Origin: Callorhinchus milii
Taxonomy: Eukaryota
Direction: 5' to 3'
Assembly (NCBI RefSeq): GCF_018977255.1
Contig: NW_024704742.1
Coordinates: 13,890,001 to 13,954,000, forward strand
DNA length: 64,000 nt
How positions within the stretch are numbered: position 1 is the stretch's first letter; the number at the start of each line of letters is the position of its first letter. Positions 38,658 to 51,387 of the stretch are shown piece after piece. The notes beneath the pieces were generated by a model. The model was not told the DNA's origin. It made no database searches and saw only the letters and a program-made list of their open reading frames with translations. Position numbers and translations under genes: made by a program.

Positions 38658-39046
38658 GCCAGCCCTGCCCTGCCAGCCCTGCCCTGCCAGCCCTGCCCTG
38701 CCAGCCCTGCCCTGCCAGCCCTGGCCTGCCCTGCCCTGCCCTGGCCTGCCAGCCCTGCCCTGCCCTGGCCTGCCCTGCCCTGGCCTGCCCTGCCCTGGCC
38801 TGCCCTGCCCTGGCCTGCCAGCCCTGCCCTGCCAGCCCGCCCTGCCCCCTGCCAGCCCAGCCCTGCCAGCCCTGCCCTGCCAGCCCAGCCCTGCCAGCCC
38901 AGCCAGCCAGCCCAGCCCTGCCTGCCCTGCCAGCCCTGCCCGCCAGCCCAGCCCTGCCTGCCCTGCCAGCCCAGCCAGCCCAGCCCAGCCCTGCCTGCCC
39001 TGCCAGCCCTGCCCTGCCAGCCCAGCCCTGCCTGCCCTGCCAGCCC
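38658..39046. repeat. GC-rich complex tandem repeat of CCCTG/CCAG/CCTG/CCCAG units
   Basis: About 390 bp built almost entirely from 4-5 nt units. Confidence 0.97.
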
Positions 39047-39230
39047 GGCACCCACAGGCTGCTCAAGCTTATCGGAGCCGAACTCTTCACAAACAAAATC
39101 ATCCGCTGGTAAATTACTAAACTTTTTTATTCTCCCCACTATCACCTCCCAAACAGATGCCAGTGGTTGTTGTCCGATCCACTGTGGATTGGTTTGCAAT
39201 AATTGGTGATAATGTTCTGCACAGAGCGTC

Positions 39231-39233
<3 letters not shown>

Positions 39234-39262
<29 letters not shown>
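39234..39262. repeat. (GT)n microsatellite
   Basis: Read directly from the sequence. Confidence 0.97.
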
Positions 39263-39264
<2 letters not shown>

Positions 39265-39610
39265 ATTGGGAGAGGGTTGCGCTCGCAAATCACCATAACT
39301 TGCTCGTTTCCTGAGTACATTGCAACTATTTCTCTCACGTGGATAAATGTCCAACCTCTTAAGAGAGTCACTGTGCGAATATATCGGGTGTTTGAGTGCA
39401 ACTCTGAAGGATGTTGATCCCCTGTTCAGTCAATAAGGAAGATATAGTGGATCACACCTCACAGCTTACGTTATGCGGCGATCCTGAACTCGCAGGTACA
39501 CAGATAAAAGGCCAGTGTTGCTCTCTGATCGTTTTCTAATCCTCTTTTGTTTTAATCGCACACACAACTCGCTGTTCATGTACTGGTGGATATGAACGAC
39601 GTGTCGTGCT

Positions 39611-39633
39611 TGTGTGTGTGTGTGTGTGTGTGT
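39611..39633. repeat. (GT)n microsatellite
   Basis: Read directly from the sequence. Confidence 0.97.
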
Positions 39634-40949
39634 TTGGGGGGGAAGCAAAATTAGGGTTAGAGTGCTTGGCACTGGGGATATCTTTTTTTTAAAAAAAGAA
39701 GTGCTCTCCCCACTGTTTGATTTTTTTTTGATGTTAGACTTTTGCAAAAGCAGCAGCCAAGGTAAGATTGTGGATGAAGATGCAGACATGTAGGGAAGGT
39801 GGGAGTGGTTGGTGTGTTCAGTAGTCCAGATGATTTTTTAAAAAATGCATAAAATTCAGCAGTGGAGCTCAAATCGGTTGGGATCTCAGAATAAAGGGCT
39901 GAGTCCAATTTAAAGCTAAACCTGGCTCAATTGGTACAGGGTGAAAAGTACAGACAACTATTGGAAGACTGGATTTGCATTCAAATCTTCGAAATTAAGT
40001 AATAGGTTAAAGGAAAAGTTCCTTCCATCACACAGGTTGTATTTAATTTCAGTGGTCTTTTCATTGAGTGTTTCTTTTTTTATATATAAAACAAGTGTTT
40101 ATTCCTGTTCAACCACAAGAAATTGGCAGTTGGAATCACAGTCCTTTATTTGTGAAGCACAGAGTCGGTTTCAGTTCAGGATAACGATCTGAAGAAGCAG
40201 AGAATCCAAAGACTTTTTTGATTGGAGAGTCTTTCAATCAATGTCAAGAATATAGCAATTTCACAAAGAGGAGCCCATTTAGTGTAACAGAACTTGAACT
40301 CTTGCTTTCCGTTTCATCAGACTGTCAGTTAGTACCTCTCAAGTCACTCAGCTCCTGGTATAGTGAAACTCTTATGACTGATGCATGGGAAACAAGATTT
40401 CATTGTCGGACTGTAAAAAAACAAAGCTGTGCATGAATTGATAAAAACACACATCCCTTTGCCTGTGCCTTTGGTATAGTTTTTAAATCTTTCATTTCCA
40501 TGCTCAGTGTGCACCATTACTGTAACAAGCATTTTGAGATGTTCTTTTATGTGAAAGATATGATATATAAATGCAAGCTGTTGTTGAAGCCATAGATTCT
40601 GAAATTCCCGTGATCATTCCTGTTATTGGTTCATTTGGGCTAATTTGAAAATGACTGTGAAACGTATTGATTGTAATTCATTGTTTTTATTGGAATTCCA
40701 TCATTTGGTCAAAGGTTATTGAAATAATGATTATAATTGTTTTTTAAAAATTGCTTTTAAAAAGTGACTTAAGAATTTCACACGTGCTGTATAGTTCAAT
40801 ATTAAGCTTAAAAGGTGGAATGCTTGCATACATTTTTCCAGGAGAAAGCAACAGCAAGTTGAAAGCACTAATGGTAAGTGCTCAAGGAGATTACCTGGAG
40901 CAAATATGTTACTGATTTTGATATTCGGGATTTCAAGCCGCACAATAGG

Positions 40950-41285
40950 ATTTTGAACTCATTTAAGTCTAAACTGGCACTCCAGTGCTGGAGGAGCTCT
41001 ATACTGTTGGAGTTGTAACCCTTTGGATGAGACATTAAACTGAGGTTCCATCTGCATGTTCAGGAGGATGCTAAAGATCAGATTGTACTCTTCAAAAGAG
41101 AAGAGTTTCTCCTGAATAGCGCAAATCTCAGATAAAATTGGCCTTTTAGTTCCTGGCTATTTTTGGGACATTGCTGTGTAAAATTTGCTGCCACATTCAG
41201 CAACAAAATACAATCACTATACTTTACAGTAAATCATTTGAAGTACTTTGAGACATCCTTTTGATGTGAAGCGGATCAAATGCGT
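40950..41285 (+). mobile_element. Old Deu-SINE
   Basis: ttggatgagacattaaactgagg..gttcaggaggatg..gggacattgctgtg..ctttgagacatcc. Confidence 0.75.
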
Positions 41286-41717
41286 TTCACATCCTGGTGG
41301 AAGACTTGCACATTTGCAGTTATTCCAAAATTATTCGAGCATGGATATTCCCGTACCTCCAGGGAAGCTCCATACAGGGCAGCAGTGATGAGACGTATTG
41401 CTAGCTTGTAGAGGCGGGCTGAGTTGTCAGAAAAAAAACACATATGACTAGTGCAACCAGAGACAGCAGGAGAGATGTTCATCCTGCTGTTCTGATTGCT
41501 GTTCCCCCTGGATGTGGGATGAATCCTCACCTTGGGAGGTAATGGCAACTACTCCCAGTGATGGCAGTACTGTTGCATAGGAATAGGAGTATGTCATTCA
41601 TTCCATTGAACCAGCTCTACTATTTTACTAGCTCATGGGAGTTATTTATCTTGCTCATCCCATTCCATGATATATTTTCCTCTATGTCCTTTAATTCTGT
41701 TACTTTTCAACTATTTA

Positions 41718-41876
41718 CCACTACTGTTTGTGAGATACTGCTGTGTGCAATTGGCTGTTCCTTTCGCCCACAAAATATACAGTCAATTCACTTTACAGTA
41801 TATTCTGTGAAGCGCTTTAAGACATCTAGAAGACATGAAAAGCGCTATATCAAATGCAAGGATTATGATTATTATA
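41718..41876 (+). mobile_element. Young SINE 3' half
   Basis: gctgtgtgcaattggctg..cagtcaattcactttacag..atcaaatgcaaggatt. Confidence 0.9.
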
Positions 41877-42364
41877 ACATAACAAAAGTAGCATAGGCCT
41901 GGTGCTGTGCCACTGAAATTCAATTATTTTCCATTGGCTAAAATTGAAAAAGAAAACAGCTATTTTTGGAGGGTCAAGAGCTCTTCTACCGAATGCAAGA
42001 TGCTTTAAAAGTAATGAAAACTATTGGGTGAATGGCCTTTGATGTGTTCAGCCGTGATCCCACAGTGTACCACTTCAAATGGTATCTTCTCCATCCCTTT
42101 GCATTAATAGAAGTATTTGCATCCAATTTACACAAGACACTTATGTTTCTCAGCACTAAAGTGAAGAATCAAGCAACAATATAAACCCACATTCATTTTG
42201 TACAAGTGCAGTCTCAGCACAGTCAATCATCTGTGATTAGACCTTGCAACGAAAAATCTTAAATTAAGTTCATGTGCAATATGATGCTACAATTAAGGTA
42301 ACCTCTTCCTCCATCTCCCACCCCCCCACCCTCCCCCACCCTATTTTGCCGAATTCAGGTTAGC

Positions 42365-43896
42365 AGCTACACTGTATATGGATGATGTCACCGTCTTTTA
42401 ACAGAGCCCAAATCAGCCTTGAGCCTGCTCGGCATTTGTGACCGGTTTGAATAAGCCTCGGGAGCGAAGGTCAACCACCAGAAACGAGGAGATGTATTTT
42501 GGAGACTGGAAAGAACGCAATCACATATCTTTTGCGGGGAAGCCAGACGACATCAAAGTCCTCGGCATCTGGTTCGGGGCTGCCGGGCTGCGCCATAAAA
42601 GCTGTGAGGAGTGTCTAGGCATAGTGAGGAAGATACTGGTGATGTGGTGCCAGCGCTTGCTGTCCATCACCAGGAAAAATCTGGCGATAAAGTGTGAGGC
42701 CCTCTCAGTGTTACTGTACGTGGCCCAGGTCTGGCCTTTGACCAGGAACAACGCGACTGCAGTCACCAGAGAGGTCTTCCAACTGATCTGGGGGTCCAAG
42801 ATGGATCGTGTCCGCAGAGACATGATGCACAAAACACCGGATAAGGGGGGTGGAAAGGGGTCCCTAACATAGCCCTGATCCTCATGGCCACCTTTCTGAG
42901 GCTGTGCCTGGAGCCCCTCTACGCCGGCAACAAATGCAGCTATGTGCTGGGTTTCTACCTGTACCTGGTGCTAAGAAGATGGGTCTGGCAGAACTGCCTC
43001 GTTACCGGCTCTGACCAGCAATCATCAGGACATGGTCTGGCTGGCGATAAAAGGGACCCCTTCCCTCTCCGGACTTTCACGCACGGCTGAGGTCTGGGCC
43101 AGTCAGTTTGTTGCCCTCGGGCTGGCTGCAGAGGCCAGGAGACCATGGACCACCTCTTCCTGGAGTGTTGTTTCGCAAAGGCGGTTTGGAAAAAAGATGG
43201 AATGAATTCTCTCACGGTTCGTCCCTGGGGACCCGCTGTCATGGCACTCGGTGCTGTACGGCCTCTTCCCAGGCACTCACAGGGAAACCCACAACGAGTG
43301 TGCCTGGAGGATCATAAACTCGGTAAAAGAGGCCCTTTGGCACTCCCAAAATCAGGTGCTCTTCTGGCAGAACGAGGGGACGGTGAGGGCCTGCCTCAGG
43401 CTCACGCACACCAGGATCAGGGACGAGATACTGAGGGACAAGTTGAAGTTCAGCTCAACCACGGCAAAGGCCAGATGGTGCCTGACCCTAGCAGGAGCCG
43501 CTCCGGCACCACCTGCTCAGGGCAGACCCACCGGGTAGCCCACAAGTGCACCCAAAACTGAATGAAGTAAGAGTACAGAGGACGCTCGAGATGTAACCGA
43601 AAATGTATGTATGGCAACCATGTGCTTGTACCTTCCGAAAGTGGCAAGTGCGCCTTATCAGGGTGTGTGCGGGTGGGCACATGGATGTGGTGTACACAGG
43701 GAGCCTCCCGACTGTGTTAAAGGGAACGTCCCAAAAAAACGTGCGCGCAGCCTATGTGTGGTGAAGGAATGCACCGTAAACAACGGAATGTTTTTTGTAT
43801 CGGGAGAAAAGGAAAAAAAATTAACACAGGATGTTGCATTTTGTTTTGGATTTCTGTTGTACTAAATATTATAAATAAATATATTTTCAAAAAAAA
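42365..43896 (+). mobile_element. Tx1/L1-clade LINE, 5'-truncated and decayed
   Basis: LYMDDVTVF; ASGAKVN; MYFGDW; KVLGIWF; DKGG; zinc knuckle CPRAGC..ETMDHLFLECCFAKAVW; AATAAA at 43874 and A-tail at 43889-43896. Confidence 0.92.
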
Positions 43897-44254
43897 GTGT
43901 AGAGATATTCAGCATCTCTTCAGGGGGAGATCAGTGAATCAAGGGAGAAGTGTCTCACTCTGCTCCAGCAGACCTACAAGCTGTAGTCTGTAAAGATGTG
44001 GATGTGGCGTGTGAACACATTGCCACTTCTTCTGCTACAGTATGACTGCACAGCATGACTGAAGCACACCAACTGAGCTAGAAAAACAAAAACAAGGGAT
44101 TTTATGTAGGAAAAAACAACTTCCATATTTTATAATGCAATATTGTGTCCCAATGTCTTGAAGTGCTGCACGAGTAGCTACTGTTAGGTGTAGTGCTCTG
44201 GGACGCTATCCTTCATGAGGGGTGCTATATAAATGCAAATTGGTGTTGTAGTGA

Positions 44255-44420
44255 ATGTCTTTTATAAGGAAAACTGGCAGCAGTTTGCACCCGTAAATTC
44301 CAACAAATATCCATGAAGTGAATGACCAATGTATCTGAAGGTTTTGTGCCAAGATATTGAGAAAAAAACTGCCTTCTCTTTTTGATGGGAACCTGGGATG
44401 TTTAACATCCACCTCAAGAA
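44255..44420 (-). mobile_element. Old Deu-SINE body
   Basis: ggcagcagtttgcac..catgaagtgaatgaccaat..gggatgtttaacatccacct. Confidence 0.7.
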
Positions 44421-45529
44421 CAGACAAGCACTCTCGCAAAAACACAAATCCTTTGCATTTTTCTGTTGCATTCTCTCTTAATGGGATGTACATCCTATCA
44501 CTAACGGGTAAGAATTATTACCTGTTTTTTTTTCAAAAGCTGTTTTGAATATTTGGTAACTATTTCCAGTAAGCTACCATTGACAGTCTGGGCACTTTTG
44601 TTCTGATATTGTCATGTACAAGTAAATTGTGTCATTGTAATGGATTATTTGATAAACAAGCAACATTTAGAAAATTCTTTTGAAGAAAGACTTGTCTCTT
44701 GAATACAAGGTGACCCCATGATAAATTGCTTTGCTCTTGGGAAATCAGTATCCTTTCAACCCACAGTTACTGACCCATGGTACTCTTCTGTAGCAGACAA
44801 ACTGGCTTCCCGCACATACTGCAGGTCACAGAAAGCTGGTCAGTCAGCGTCGACTGGTCTTGCAAGGATTTTGTATTGTTAGAGTTGTGACCTGTCATTG
44901 TTTGACCTTGTTCCAGCTCATCTCTTAGGCCTTTCAGACCTCCATTTTGCCTGCCTACTCTTTTGAGTCACCTAAACTGAATTTTATCCCATTCTCTCCA
45001 TGCCTGTACTCCACCTTTCTGTTTATGACTTTCCAGGCTGACTTTTGTCAGCTCTGCCATTGAAGTGGTACAATAAGCACTACATGGCTTTACTATCTCG
45101 CACGGTGCTCCCAAGATGTTATCCTGCATGAAGGGAACTATACAGATGCAAGCAGTTCTTTTGGTTGTGTTGATGCTCAGAGTGCCTAGAGAGCACTGCT
45201 AACATAATACTTCATCTTTCATTGAGAGAGAGAGAGACACGCAAACACAATGGTAAGAAAATGAGTTATAACAATTAAGTGCAGAGGGAATTTCAAGGTA
45301 AATGGGGATTACCTGAGACATGGTAAGGGGAGTAAAAAATATGATGAGAGACTAGATCTCTGAGGAATGGTGAGAGTAGGGAGAATTTGAGAGACCTAAA
45401 GAGATCAGGAAGAATGTTAGAAATATTGGGCATTGTCAGACAAATTAAGAGAATAGATGAAATCTCAAGAGACCCGAAGAGAGTAAGAATAATCCTAATA
45501 ACAATAATAACGTTAGTTGGCTTCTTGGT

Positions 45530-45910
45530 AGCTGGATGTCTGACATGTGTGTAAACCCATCCCTATGCTTAAGAGCATCCAAATCAGACTGAGAGTTCCA
45601 CATACATATGCAACCTGCACATGGTCTTTTTGCCGTGTCTAGAATGAAATGTCCACTCTGCCTTGAGAAATACATTCCACTTATGTAATTTCAGAGAGCG
45701 CTAGGCACAGGTTGGCAGGAACTAAGGCTTTGGGACCCCAGAATGTACCTTGGCTGGTCCTAGAGTTAACCAGCTAAAACTGTATAGCTTGCCATTGAGA
45801 GCACTGTCTGGCAAATATCCTGCTGCTTGTCCAGAGAGGACCACTCTATCCATTAGCACTTTGGCTTGCAGGGTTAATAAGAGCTGAGCTAAGTGGGAAG
45901 AATTCCAGTT
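45530..45910 (-). repeat. Unclassified dispersed repeat, copy 2
   Basis: Inverted homologue of 32700-33045. Confidence 0.8.
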
Positions 45911-46744
45911 CTAAGTGACCATACTGCTCCCAGTGACTGTAGATCAAGTTATCGAGAGAGAAGGAATATCTCAGATTTGAAGAGATAAGGTTATTGCTAA
46001 AATATGGAGAGTGTAGGGATATTTCACATATGGAGATAGCAGGAGTATCTGGGAAATATGAAGAGATTACAGATATGCAGACAGAAAGGGGATCTCAGAT
46101 AAGGAGAGAAAGGGGCTATTATGTAGAGAGTAGGAGTACTCTGCCTTTGCTCTGTGTGTTATATCCGTGAGCCCCACAGATGAAGAGGAATATATTACCG
46201 TGTGGACTTGGCAAAGTCAGCTATTCTTTCGAGTTGTAAATCTAGAACAACATTTTATCAAGCAATTCCCTGGGAAGCACTTTAAAACTTTATAAGGCAC
46301 TATATCAAGTGCAAGGGTTATTATTATAAGAAAACTGCTTGTTCATCTTGTCAAAAATTTGTATATATAGCAGTTAATGAAATTGGTTATAAAAAAATCA
46401 CTGAAAATGAGTTTGCAGATATTGAAAACTTGCTAGGCTGCCAATGTACTGAAGAGTACAGTATACTGTAAATTTTGTATTCATTTCAAGTACTTCCTCA
46501 GAAAATTAGTATGCATGTACCACTATCTAACATTGCTGATCTGCAAATTGCCATTTTGCAGGATATCAAATTGGAGGAGATGCAAATTTTCTCCAAGCAT
46601 TAAGAAATTCCACAGCATTAGCACTGATTATATTTTTGATAACATTGACGTACCATGCCTAATACACAGAAGACAAAGTACAAGATGCTGCAGAATGTTA
46701 CAACTGGGCAACTTCCCTCCACAGATTTCTCAATCGGATCAGAC

Positions 46745-47090
46745 ACAAGTTAAGGCTTCACCTTGGGACTTGAGGCAACCAAGTCTCGGCTGTCACTCCA
46801 GTGCAATACTTATGAGCATTTCACTGTTGGAGGTGCTGCCTGGCGGGTGATGAATCGGCTTATTGTTCAAGTGGATATTAATGATATGATCCTATTCAAA
46901 AGAGAAGCAAGTTTTCCTGGCCAGCAGTCCTCCAGATAAATCAGTTATTTTCTACATGACTGTTCGTGGGATGTTTCTGGGTACAGGCAGGTTGCTGCAT
47001 TTGAAACAAATACACACTCTTACATTTGATGGAACTTACCTGTGAATCATTTAAAGATGTTTTGACATGTAGATGCTATATAAAAGCACC
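46745..47090 (+). mobile_element. Old Deu-SINE, degraded
   Basis: ggctgtcactccagtgcaatact..ttggaggtgctg..tgttcaagtggatatta..gatgctatataaa. Confidence 0.65.
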
Positions 47091-47097
47091 ACCAGAT

Positions 47098-47320
47098 CTG
47101 GATTCCTAAGGCTTGGCTCCTACCAACCTACACTGAATGATTCCTAAAATTAGATAAGCAACAACAATTTGCATTTATATAATGTCCTTAAGGCAGGATA
47201 GAATCTCGATGCAAGGTGCACCTTCGTTACGAGATAGTGTGCATTCTATTCAGAGAAATGGGAAATTTCTATGTGGAGGTGGTATGTATATGTGGAACTC
47301 TCAGTCTGGTTTAGATTCTT
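47098..47320 (+). repeat. Unclassified dispersed repeat, copy 3 (partial)
   Basis: tatgtggaactctcagtctg at 47289-47308 is the exact reverse complement of 45585-45604. Confidence 0.7.
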
Positions 47321-50034
47321 TCACCACTTACCTAACCAAAAGTAAATCATATACAAATGGAACGATTAGACACATGATGTGAAAGATGCTATATAAATGG
47401 AGGATTGCATTACAACAGACTTACATTTAAAGAGTGGCTTTCACATTGGGAGGACGTTCCAAGCTGCTGAAAGATTATTAGCAGTCTCTTGGAAAATAAT
47501 TATTTATTCTTTCTAGAGAGTAAATGAGAGCATTTTGCCATTTTAATATATCCATTTCTCAGAAAGATAGCCATACTTTTTTAAAAATTGCATACAGTAA
47601 CAATTCAACCTCCAACTAACGAAAACCCACTGAAATCTATAACATGTTAAGCCTCTGTAGGACTCAATAACTGGTGCTAATGAGCTACAACTGGAAATTC
47701 GATACTCAAATTAAGAAATCCTGAACCGCAAATTTCAGTGCTTCCTCAATGTGCATATTAAATTATTAACTGTCTTTTTTTAAATTTTTAATGTTAACTA
47801 TACAAGTGTTTCACTAACACTGCTGTAACTAAGCAGAGAGTGATGTTGTAGTTCACTGTACCAGCTCAGATAAGACTACCCAGGTTATGATGATGAACTT
47901 AGCCTAATGTACTTCACTTGATTATGTGCAATTGCTTCTAAATTAAAATTCCTATGTGTTTAGTGTTCCAAATGACAAATGTTTTAAACTGCTTCCTTCC
48001 CTCTTATATTAAAAAAAGTATTAACAATTGTAGCAGTAGTGACCACATATCATTTATTTTATAGAAACGGAAGAGCTGTGGTGTGGCTACTAGATTGCAT
48101 TGCCACACATCCATATATTTCTCATGCCTTTTATTGGCTTATAGTCCCATGTTAAAAGTGCACATTGTAGTTTTGAGACTTCTTGCAGGTTCTCTCACTA
48201 TCTCAGTGCATTTGAAGCAGTTTGTGTATGTTTGTAATACATTGACTTTGAAGGCTGGGTCAGAATGAGATTTAAATAATAGATCAGGTTGGATAGTGGC
48301 AGTCTGAAAGATATACAGTGAATTTATTTGCAAACAATTGATCAATTCCCCTCCCTCACATCATCCGGGGTGGGTGAGGGCTGGGCAGGGGAATGGTGGG
48401 GGGTGAAAAGAGGAGACACCTGTCCTATGCAGATCACTGAAATCAGTGATCTTCACCATATCTTTCATAGAGAAATCTATTTGTAAAAAAAGTAGCAAAA
48501 AGATCATTATTTTTTATTAGCAATGAACATAAGATAGACCTCAGTGTCAGTACCTCCGTCATTGAGCACCAAGCAGATTAGTCACAACCTAAAGAAGAAT
48601 GACTAGAAATAGCTCTCGGTTACTTTTATACTAAACCCTTTCAACACTTTGCAGCCATGTTGGTTTATCTGAAGAGGAGGTGCCATTACCATTTTGTCTA
48701 AGGTTACATTTAAAGTGAAAAACATGTTTCTTGATGGTGAAATACAAATATTTTGAAAGATACCAAGAAACAAAGGGTTATGAGGATAAAGAAGGTATCA
48801 ACCAGTTAGCGGACTGATGGAGAAGTGTCAGAAGAAATTTAATACAGTAACTGGTAGGAACTGGTGCAAATTCGTCGGTGTGATGTGCCCTTGATTACCG
48901 TCCAGATTCAAATATTTACAAAGTCTATGGGGCCAAAACAGTTTGCATTAGTTGTCATGGAGGAACTGACACCATGGTGCACTCAGTGAACTAACTGGAC
49001 TGCTCCTGTGCTGTAATTTCTATGATTGTATCTGAATAATTAAGCAATCAATCCTTAATCCAGAAAATTCTGCCCTGGTTTCACTTTATTAATAGTCAGC
49101 TTGAGTGACATGCAAGGTTGTTAGACCTATTGCCAAATGCACCTGTGGTCTGCTCACCCAAAGCAGCTTCTGAAAAGTGAACCTGTCAAGGGCTGAGGCA
49201 GGGGAACAGAAAGTGCTACTCTACTACTGATTAGCTGGTGAATATACATTAATAATTTATTTATATCCAACCAATTATCAGTGATAAGCTTAAATATCAG
49301 TGTTTCCACCATGACCCTCAACAATTCTAAATGAAAGCTTGATGTTCCTCCAGTGCTTATTATTCAGTAGAACTCGCAGACTGCTGATGAGAAACCGCTG
49401 CTTGGAATTGATGGTCACATCTTCATGTTTAGTTCTGTGCTCGTGATTTTCATTTTCGTGATAATTTTTATATCTTTTTGGAGCCCCTACGGCCAGAGGT
49501 TTTACAGACCCCTTAAAATGTTTAATGCAATTATATCTAACACTTTTTTAATTTAAAAGACATTCCCATTTTTATTGTATTGCCTCACTCTACCGATTGT
49601 TCCTCTGCTAAATCATTCTCAGTGCACACAGATAGCCAATCAGATGATTTCAAATGTATTGAAATGAGAAGCAGAGTCACTTGAATGAGGAAATGAGCGG
49701 TGCCAATTCAGAAAAAAAAATCTTATGCCATAAGTAATTATGCCTTCATTCGATAAAGCTTGAAAATAAAATGTATTTGGAAATAAAATATTGCAATTTT
49801 ATGATATTTGCCTGTTATATTCAGGTGAGGGTGATGCTCTTCATGTTAACACACTTTCACTAGATTTGTCGTTAATAGGATTTACAGTGCAAGTGAACCA
49901 GAGATTTCTGGATGCCAATACTCAACATGGACGACATGTAAAACTATTAGGCTAACAGGACATAGTGGCCCAATTGTAATGTCATTTTGAATTCATGAAT
50001 CAATTCTGCCAAAATGGGTCTGATTTGGAAGAAC

Positions 50035-50345
50035 GATAATAATAATAGTAATAATATTCCTTGTATTTGATATTGCGTCCAATCAGGTCATCGGAAATTG
50101 TCAAAGGATTTACAGTCAAAGTCTAATTCACAGGATTTACCGTAGATTGTAGTGACTGTTTTGTAGAATAACAGATAGGCAATGTCCACAGCCCAGCAGT
50201 GTCCTAGCAATGGAGTGAACGATCTAGGGAATTGTTGACCAGGACACCAGTAGAGTCTCCCTTCTCTTTTTGAATCACACCATGGGATCTTTACACTTTA
50301 ACAGGCTGGTTGGGATCTCATTTTAATGTTGCCTCTGAAGACTGG
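50035..50345 (-). mobile_element. Old Deu-SINE, degraded
   Basis: (AAT)n ccttgtatttgata; gaccaggacacc..ctctttttgaat..catgggatcttt. Confidence 0.65.
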
Positions 50346-51387
50346 GCTAACAACATATGTGCCAAAATTGCAGGTTTTGCTAACCATGTGCAAAGATGTG
50401 TGCACAGAAGGTATCACAGGATGCCCTTAATTGTGTAATAAAAGGATTATACTATGTTATGTTGAATGTCATTGTTTACCATACCAGAATTCAGAAAATA
50501 ATGATAGTCTGTACCTTGCCCTTGCTTTGCAGAGCTCACCTACCTGAAATGTATTGAAATTGTTTCTTGACTTAGCTGATCTCAATCAGGGCACTAGAGC
50601 AGGTCTCAGCAGCTCTGGCTTGGAGAGAAGTATGCATAAATTTGTGGCATGTATTAAGGTAGGACATAAAATGTTGGAAATGGCATAGCATGCAGCATTT
50701 TGCTTGTATTTCTGGATGTCTTTGTGAAATTTTCTCAAGTATCATTTTTCTCTCATTCAACTTGAGTGACATTTAGGTGTATATAAATTAATTAGGAAAT
50801 TGTTTCAGTTCAGCACTTATTTTAGCTTAATTTGCTAGCTAGTGCTTTTGCGCTGTTCAGCTGCGAAGACCTGGGAATTCTATTCCCTTGCACTCTTCCT
50901 GAGTAACTGATGATGTTCAAACCAATTCACAGTCAAATGAGCATCTTACAAAATGGCCATTGTTTAGTGATTTTTTTGTTACAAAAATATTATTGTATTA
51001 AGACATATAAAAACATTGCCCACTTTTGACATACACGCTAATGTCTGTCAAGCATTCATCAACTGCATCTATGGACCAGCTGAAGATTGATCCTGGTTTT
51101 ATTTGGGTGGTGGTGTTAAGGAGTAGAACAATTAGGCTGCTGTGACCAAGGATATAGAGCCACACCTAGGACATCACTAAAATGAGGTTAAATTACAACC
51201 CAGCTAGATATGGATCAGTGATGAATGAAATGTTGTAATGGGAAAACACTATAGTGTTACTGGATGTAGTGCAACTTCGATAAGCTTATTTTTCCCTTTA
51301 GTTTGTAATTGGTTGCAGTTTTTAATAACAGTATTCGAATAAGGGTATCAGCGATATGGTAAAAGAGAAATGGGTTTAAAGTAAAGT

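Larger units (their letters stand above)
38100..39770 (+). promoter_or_regulatory. Putative CpG-enriched promoter / first-exon region of an unidentified gene
   Basis: Visible excess of CpG over the flanks, no recognisable transposons, splice donors AAA|GTAAGT (intron from 38352) and AAG|GTAAGA (intron from 39762). Confidence 0.5.

Noticed and set aside
38374..39209. Five long overlapping ORFs (171-248 aa) rich in Pro/Cys/Ala or Gly/Arg/Trp
   Set aside because: They are open on both strands only because the tandem repeat has no stop codons, and they also run through microsatellites.
49384..49400. CTGATGA immediately followed by GAAAC
   Set aside because: No stem II and no stem I/III pairing, so it is a chance match to the hammerhead core.
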